DNA from: Raillietiella orientalis
Taxonomy: Eukaryota
Assembly (NCBI GenBank): GCA_036172245.1
Contig: JAYWIR010000042.1
Coordinates: 1,550,001-1,614,000 of the forward strand
Direction: 5' to 3'
DNA length: 64,000 nt
In this document: positions 57,275 through 64,000 of the stretch, piece by piece
Position numbering within the stretch: the first letter of the stretch is position 1
How the letters are laid out: each line of letters begins with the position of its first letter
The notes under the pieces: generated by a model
Told to the model about the DNA's origin: nothing
Databases searched by the model: none
What the model saw: the letters and a program-made list of their open reading frames with translations, nothing else
Made by a program: the position numbers and the translations under genes

Positions 57275-60200
57275 ATGGTGCAGCAAACGGAGGTAGAAAA
57301 AACCAAAAGTAGGGTTAAAGTTGAATTTTTGAAAACAATAGAGAAGGATGTTCAGATTCAGTGGCAGAAAACCCGCATTAACGAAGCTGATGCATTTCCA
57401 CAAGTTAAGGAAAAAGCTAAATTTTTTGCTACCTTTCCGTACCCTTATATGAATGGAAGATTGCATCTTGGCCATGCATTTACTTGCTCCAAATGTGAAG
57501 TAAGTGCAGCTAGCTCCATTACAGAATGATCTACAATTTAAGTAATTTTTGCAAACTTCTGAATCGTTCAAAACTCTATACATTCTAAAATTAGTAAAGA
57601 CAATGCGCGGTATGAAAAACCTTGCAATTTTCGAAGTGCAGTTAAGCCAAAGGTGGCTTTTTAGACGTCGAGGGGTTTTACCAAAATATAGACCAAATTT
57701 GGCATAGCAGCTTGTTAAATTTATTCAGTGTAGTTTTTTAAAGCCAACAGAATGTATGGTGGCTTCTTTTCTATGTTGTACTTTCTCAGTTCGCAGTACG
57801 TTTTAAAAGACTAACAGGAAAGCACTGTTTATGGCCCTTTGGATTTCATTGCACTGGAATGCCGATAAAAGCTTGTGCAGACAGACTGAAAAGAGAAATT
57901 GAAGAATATGGTTTGCCACCAAAATTTCCAGAAACACATAGTGAAGATGAAGATCATGAAAACAATTCTTTTGCCGAAGATAAATCGAAAAGCAAAAAGG
58001 TTATTCACAATCTAGTATTAATCAGTTTGTTATTCTGACATGTAGAGCAAAGCAGCAGCCAAAACCATCAGCAAATGGCAGTGGGAAACTCTCAGAAGTG
58101 TAGGTATACCAGAAAAGGAAATAGCCAAGTTTCAAGATCCAAAGTATTGGCTGGAATATTTTCCACCTGTTTCAAAAGAAGATTTGAAAGCCCTAGGATT
58201 CCATGTAATTGAACTCAGATTGTTAGGATTTAAAGAAAGAAATTTTTAGATTGATTGGAGGCGGAGTTTCATCACCACTGATGCCAACCCGTTTTATGAT
58301 AGCTTTGTTAAATGGCATTTTACCAAGTTGAAGCAGAAAAATTTGGTGAAATTTGGCAAAAGACATACTGTGTTTTCTCCTAAAGATAATCAGCCTTGCA
58401 TGGATCATGACAGGAGTGTAGGTGAAGGAATAGGATGTCAGGAATTCACTTTGATCAAGTTGAAACTTTTACAGCCATTCCCAGAAAAGCTCCGGTAGAG
58501 TTTGTGCATATGTAATCACTTTAATTCAGAGCATTCTCAGCTCTTTTGTTGATAAGCAGATCTTTTTGCTGGCTGCTACCTTACGACCTGAGACAGTGTA
58601 TGGCCAGACAAATTGCTGGGTTCATCCAGATTTAGAATATGTGTTATTTGAAAGTCTGCAAGGTGCATTATTTATTTGCACTCTTCGAGCGGCTAGAAAC
58701 ATGTCTTACCAAGGTTTTGTTTCTGACTTTGGTAAACTTCATGTTTTACTGACCATCAAAGGAAAGGTCTGTGGGCAGTGGCTAATAAATTATCAAGTTA
58801 ACCACAATGTTCAGGATCTGCTGGGAGCAAAAGTGAAAGCTCCCTTGTCAGGCTATGAATATGTTTTTGTGTTGCCCATGCTGACAGTGCATGCAGACAA
58901 AGGCACTGGTGTTGTGACAAGTGTTCCATCAGATTCTCCTGATGATTATGTTGCTCTAGAGGATCTGCAAAAGAAACCTTCTTTAAAGCAGAAATATTCT
59001 ATTGAAGATTATATGGTGCTACCCTTTAAGCCTGTAAGTCTAAAATTGCTTTAGTTTCCAAAAGAGAATGTTTGTAGATTTCCATCATTCATGTTCCTGA
59101 GCTTGGAGATCTCAGTGCTAGCTCTGCTTGTGCCCGTTTTAAAGTGCAGGGACCAAATGATCGACAGAATTTACAACAAGCTAAAGAACTGGCATATTTA
59201 AAGGGTTTTTATGAAGGAGTAAGGATGTTGCATGTACAAAAAGCTTTTGACACCAAGTAGGTGCTGATTGTGGGAGAATGTTGTGGCAGTAAGGTCCATG
59301 AAGCTAAAAAAACAATACAGCAAAAACTGTTGACTGAAAACAATGCATTGCTCTATCAGGAAACAGAACAACTTGTCATGAGTCGGTCTGGGGATGTCTG
59401 TGTGGTAGCATTGTGTGATCAGTGGTACCTGGACTATGGCCGACCTGAGTGGAAACAGTTAGTCAGAGGGGCATTGAAACAAATCAATGTGTTCCAAGAG
59501 GAAGTGGAGAAGAACTTTGAGGCCACTTTAGATTGGCTGCAAGATCATGCATGCTCTCGTACATATGGTCTTGGTGGGTGACTTGGCTGTTTAAAAATAT
59601 CTCTAATAGACAGGCAGGCTCAACTCTTCCATGGGATGATAGTTGGCTCATTGAATCCCTCTCAGATTCTTCTATTTATATGGCATATTACACAGTGGCA
59701 CATCTGCTGCAGGGTGGCACATTCAGTGCTCAGAGCCCTAATCAGCTTGGCATTCATCCTGACGATATGACTGAGGAGGTCTGGGATTACATATTCCTTC
59801 CAGAAGCTGCACTCCCTGCCAGCAGCAGGCTGCCCATGGAAGTGCTTGATACACTGAAGCAAGAGTTCTCCTACTGGTATCCAGTAGATCTCCGTGTGTC
59901 TGGCAAAGACTTAATACCCAATCATCTTACCTATTATTTGTATAACCATGTAGCCATTTGGTCAAAAAATCCTACTCTTTGGCCTCAATCTATTCATGCC
60001 AATGGTCTGCTGATGCTCAACTCTGAAAAAGTAAGTTATGTAGCTACCAAAGATCCGTACTTTGATTTATTGTTAATCACTAGATGTCTAAGTCTACTGG
60101 TAACTTCATGACTGTTCAAGATGCTTTGGAACAGTTTGGTGCTGATGGGACCCGCCTGGGATTGGCTGATTCAGGGGACATGATTGAAGATGCGAATTTT

Positions 60201-61586
60201 TCTTTAGCTGCCGTTGAGGCCGGAATTTTACGATTGTATAATTACATCCACTGGGTGCAAGAAATGCTTAATTGTCTGAACAAGCTGCGGTCTTCACCAG
60301 AGTTTGTTCTTCAAGACAAAATTTTCATGAATCAAATGCATCACCTGCAGCAACAGACTAAGCACTATTATGAAGTCATGCAGTTCAAAGAAGCACTCAG
60401 GACTGGTTTTTTTGAGATGCAGCTGGTGCGGGATCACTACCGGGAAATGTGTCTTGAAGGAATGCACAGGGAATTGGTAGTCTCATTCATCGAATTACAA
60501 ACAATTCTTCTGTGTCCCATTTGCCCACATGTTTGTGAACATGTCTGGAAGCTGCTTGGGCATGAAGCAAGTGTGGTCTGTGCAGAGTGGCCAATCAATA
60601 GGCCTGTTGACCAAGAACTGCTACATGTGGCAGAGTATTTAAGTGACATCCTTCATGAGTTTCGTATCCGTCTGAAGTCCTATTTGGTTGCAGCTCAGAA
60701 GAAAATGACTTCACCGAATAACACTCAGCCAAATCACATGGCCATTCAGGTAGCCAGAAGATACCCTTCATGGCAATCTTGCATCTTGCATACCATGCAA
60801 GATCTGTATCAGGTATTGTATTCCTGTATTCTGGCAGTCCTGTGAGTTCCTAGGGTAGGATAAGGGAGCACTTCCTGATAACAGGACACTGTCATCTGTT
60901 CTGTGTTCAAAACCAGAATTGCAGAGTTTCAAGAAAAGAGTAATGCCATTTGCCCAGATGATAAAGGACAAATTTGAAGCAATTGGGACCAAAGCATTTG
61001 ATCTTCAGTTGAGCTTTGATGAGAAGCAAATTTTGGAGGTCAGCAGGGAATACATTTCCACTGCACTGGAGGTTAGCGACGTTTGTCATAAATTTTTGCA
61101 GACCTTTTTTAGGTTGAAACTTGCACAATCACTCATGCTAAAGAAGACCAAGAAAACTGTTGCCCAGGGTCACCTCTGATTACTTTCAGTCACTTGCCAG
61201 CCCTGAAAGTAAAATTTGTGAATCCACAGATAGGACTTGGCCTTTTTGAAAACACAGTTACCATTGTTGATGGTGAGAGTGCTGGATCTGTATGCAGACG
61301 CTTGGCCTTGGCTTGTGGAAAATATGAAGGTTGTGAAATGAGACATCACACAATGGTCTTTCACATTCTGCCTTCTCCTTTTCCAGTTGCATCACAGTTT
61401 CAGTTGTTCATGTACAAAGACATTATCCTGGGACCACGGCAGATGCCAGTGCTTGGAGACTGGAGGAACAGTGTGTCAATGATTCCTTCAGATGCATTGT
61501 TTGCTGTGAAACAAAATTCAGGTTATGTTCGAATTTCTAAACTGGAGGAGCCCTTTGGCAAGCAACTTGTTTATGCTTGCCAGTGA
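57275..61586 (+). CDS. LARS1: Leucyl-tRNA synthetase, cytoplasmic type, 13 exons, ~1169 aa
   Basis: Phase-consistent exons: 57275-57499, 57790-57999, 58046-58204, 58250-58494, 58541-58766, 58815-59033, 59078-59218, 59261-59573, 59618-60030, 60084-60812, 60859-61071, 61113-61329, 61387-61586. Motifs: [61 protein letters not shown]. The start codon could instead be 57173 or 57212. Confidence 0.96.
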
Positions 61587-62184
61587 GCATGCTAGCCTGG
61601 GGGGAAAAAACAAACAGACCAAATGTGTATCCTCATGTGGATGATCTGTTGTGGAACCCCCTCTCCACATTCCAATGGTGTCTGAGGGTATGATGTTAGC
61701 ATCTTAAGCAAGTAAAAGACTGAACATCCCAGACCAGGAGCCCTTTGGCCCCTGCTAGGGTGTATGCTCACTATTCAAAGCACAGTGTGAAGGTATATCT
61801 TTAAGGAGAGGCACCTGGACCACCAGCACACTTTCCATGGTTGTCACATAGTAATATTAATTCAGTAACAAGATGCTGCATTCTTTACTTTAAAATATTT
61901 TACCAATACTATCTAGCCCATGAAAGGGACATTCCACATGGCCTATCCTTGGCGGTCAAACTCCATTATGCATGCTTGCCCTAACTTTAGATCTATAATG
62001 TGAAAGTCAAACACACTTCTTGTGCATCCACTCCTACTGTTGGAGAAACTCAGTATTGTGATTGCAGAATAGCAGAAGAGTCCCATCATGTGAACTACAG
62101 GAAGGGAGGGGGTTGTAGCCTACTATTAGGGAATTTATTACTGGGAGTGTAGAAAGCCTCTATGCTCAGCACACTACCAAAAGC

Positions 62185-62233
62185 ATCTGCACCTCTGGGG
62201 TATCCAAATTTTGGATACCCCAGAGGTGCAGAT
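62185..62233. repeat. Perfect inverted repeat: 24-bp arms, 1-nt spacer
   Basis: ATCTGCACCTCTGGGGTATCCAAA-T-TTTGGATACCCCAGAGGTGCAGAT. Confidence 0.95.
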
Positions 62234-64000
62234 CTTTGCATTCTGCAATCTTAAGGAAGAGTCAGCAGTCAGTGAAGATGGCACTGTTGCATGGTTGATG
62301 TGCAGTCATCTTCAGCATTTTGTACTGGAGACCACAAGCTCATCTTATGGGGGGTACAGTCTCTGAGATTCAAGCTACTCTTGTTAGCACATTCAACAAT
62401 TCTGCCCACTGGAGCAGTCCATTGGCCTGGAACCTTGGTGTGGCCACTTTGGCCAGTTCAATTGTCTGTCAGGAATTTCTTTACTCCACAGTTTTTCGGG
62501 AGAATTCTCATTCAGCCAGTAATCAGCTGTCATCCCTTGCCCATGGGGCATTACTTCTAAGGGAATAACGGATGGTTGAGACCACTCTGTCCATTCTCTC
62601 CAAGGGGTACTCAAGGAAGCAGTTGACCAAGTCCCACTAGGTAAACTTAAGCCTTGTTCAGGTGTTGATTGCCTTCCACCATCATACATGAGAGTTCATG
62701 GAGCGCTAGAGATCCAGCAGTTTCTAATAATGAGGATGCAATTTGCTTCAAGGAAAAGCCAAAAGCCTGAATCCTGATGCGGCCACGGAGCAGCATTGAA
62801 GTGACATCCTCGCAGCTGACCACACTACGGAGGATGAAGCGCACCTGCAAAGACCAGTTTGATGTCCCCAGCTTGGTCACAAGGGTCGGTTTTCGAAGCG
62901 GCACTTGCAGCTTGATTTCATCCAGCTTCAAGACGGCCGCGACCATCGTTGGTGCACGTGATCATGAACCAACATCTGGAAATCACCCGAGTGTATGGGT
63001 GTGAAAGATGGCTCGTCTGCATAGCAAGGATCAGAGTCATGTGGAACAGATGGGATGCAAGAAATTAGTGGAGGTTACACATTGAAGATGCATTGAGCAT
63101 TTTGTTGCAAGCTGAGTCAGAAAGAAGCATCACAGTGGCCGAAATCGATTATCGTTTTTGTGACGGCACTTGCCCGAACCATGGCCAGGAATGAAACAAA
63201 AATTCGTTCAGAATACCCATGGATTGCACATGCCCTTCCACAAGCCTTTTAACTAACTAATGCGCTATTTGCAAGATTTCGTGATTGAGGAAGTGGCGAT
63301 TCGAAGTATAATGGCAAGTGAGAGGCAAGCAAGGAAGGTGGTAGTTTTTGTAGGAGATAGGGAGGAAAAAGAGCATTGGACTGCTGATTGATTGTGCGTC
63401 ACGCACGCTATCTATGGAAAAGGAAACCACTGCAGAAAAGACGAATCTGTTGGTGAAAGATTGCACTGCTGTACAGCGCTATTCCTTGTTTGTAAAAGGG
63501 TTGACTGTGTTGGTACGAGATGGCACCACTGCAGCACCTACGATTTTCCTTTTAGCTCAGCGGATGGGCTCCTGGACGAACTCCCCACGGCTGCAACAAA
63601 AGCTGTTGTGCGCTACAGTCTTTTGTGAAGCTGCGACATCACTCCAGCAGATGGAAGGATGGCAGAACAGTGAGAAGATTGTCTTCTACTTGACAATGGT
63701 CGCACTGTTCCAACAACCTTTGCGTAACAAGCAGCACAGAAATGACCCTGTCCCTGAAACAGGAGTCCAAGAACTGTCCCTCATCGCACGCTAAGTCTCC
63801 AGGAAGAAGGTCTGGAATCCGGTGATCCTTCCCTCTACACCAAGTATTTTCACTGTAGTTGCATCTCTTCAACTGCCTTTACTGAGCTGGTTCCTATGCT
63901 GACAATAGGAGCCCGTGGTGTCCAGATTCCGCAGGCGGGTTTTCGTACTAGTTTCTTTGTGTACATATTTAATGCGTAGGTAAATAAACGTACCGAAGTA

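Noticed and set aside
62900..63800. Possible decayed hAT transposase
   Set aside because: Motif hints are scattered across frames and cannot be supported by eye.

Overview
Eukaryotic (animal, most likely arthropod) genomic DNA with four intact protein-coding genes reconstructed by hand from splice sites and reading-frame phase. (1) A 13-exon gamma-tubulin complex component 2 gene (GCP2/TUBGCP2, minus strand, 5622-19904). (2) A TRPA-family ankyrin channel most similar to Painless (plus strand, 8502-11297, no introns in the CDS), nested antisense inside one GCP2 intron. (3) An ABTB2/BTBD11-type histone-fold/ankyrin/BTB gene (minus strand, core 25071-32509, further 5' exons to at least 36249). 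(4) A 13-exon cytosolic leucyl-tRNA synthetase (plus strand, 57275-61586) with mostly 41-57 nt introns. Accessory sequence includes a hAT-type MITE with an 8-bp TSD, a 388-bp direct repeat, a ~490-bp inverted copy of two ABTB2 exons whose differences are strongly A/T-to-G/C biased, a frameshifted IRF-like DNA-binding-domain relic, probable F-box/LRR relics, a LINE 3' fragment, a duplicated start-codon segment of GCP2 and a perfect 24-bp-arm palindrome. Base composition is a sharp mosaic of AT-rich/CpG-poor and GC-rich/CpG-rich blocks, with one boundary inside GCP2. All homology calls come from remembered family motifs, not database searches.
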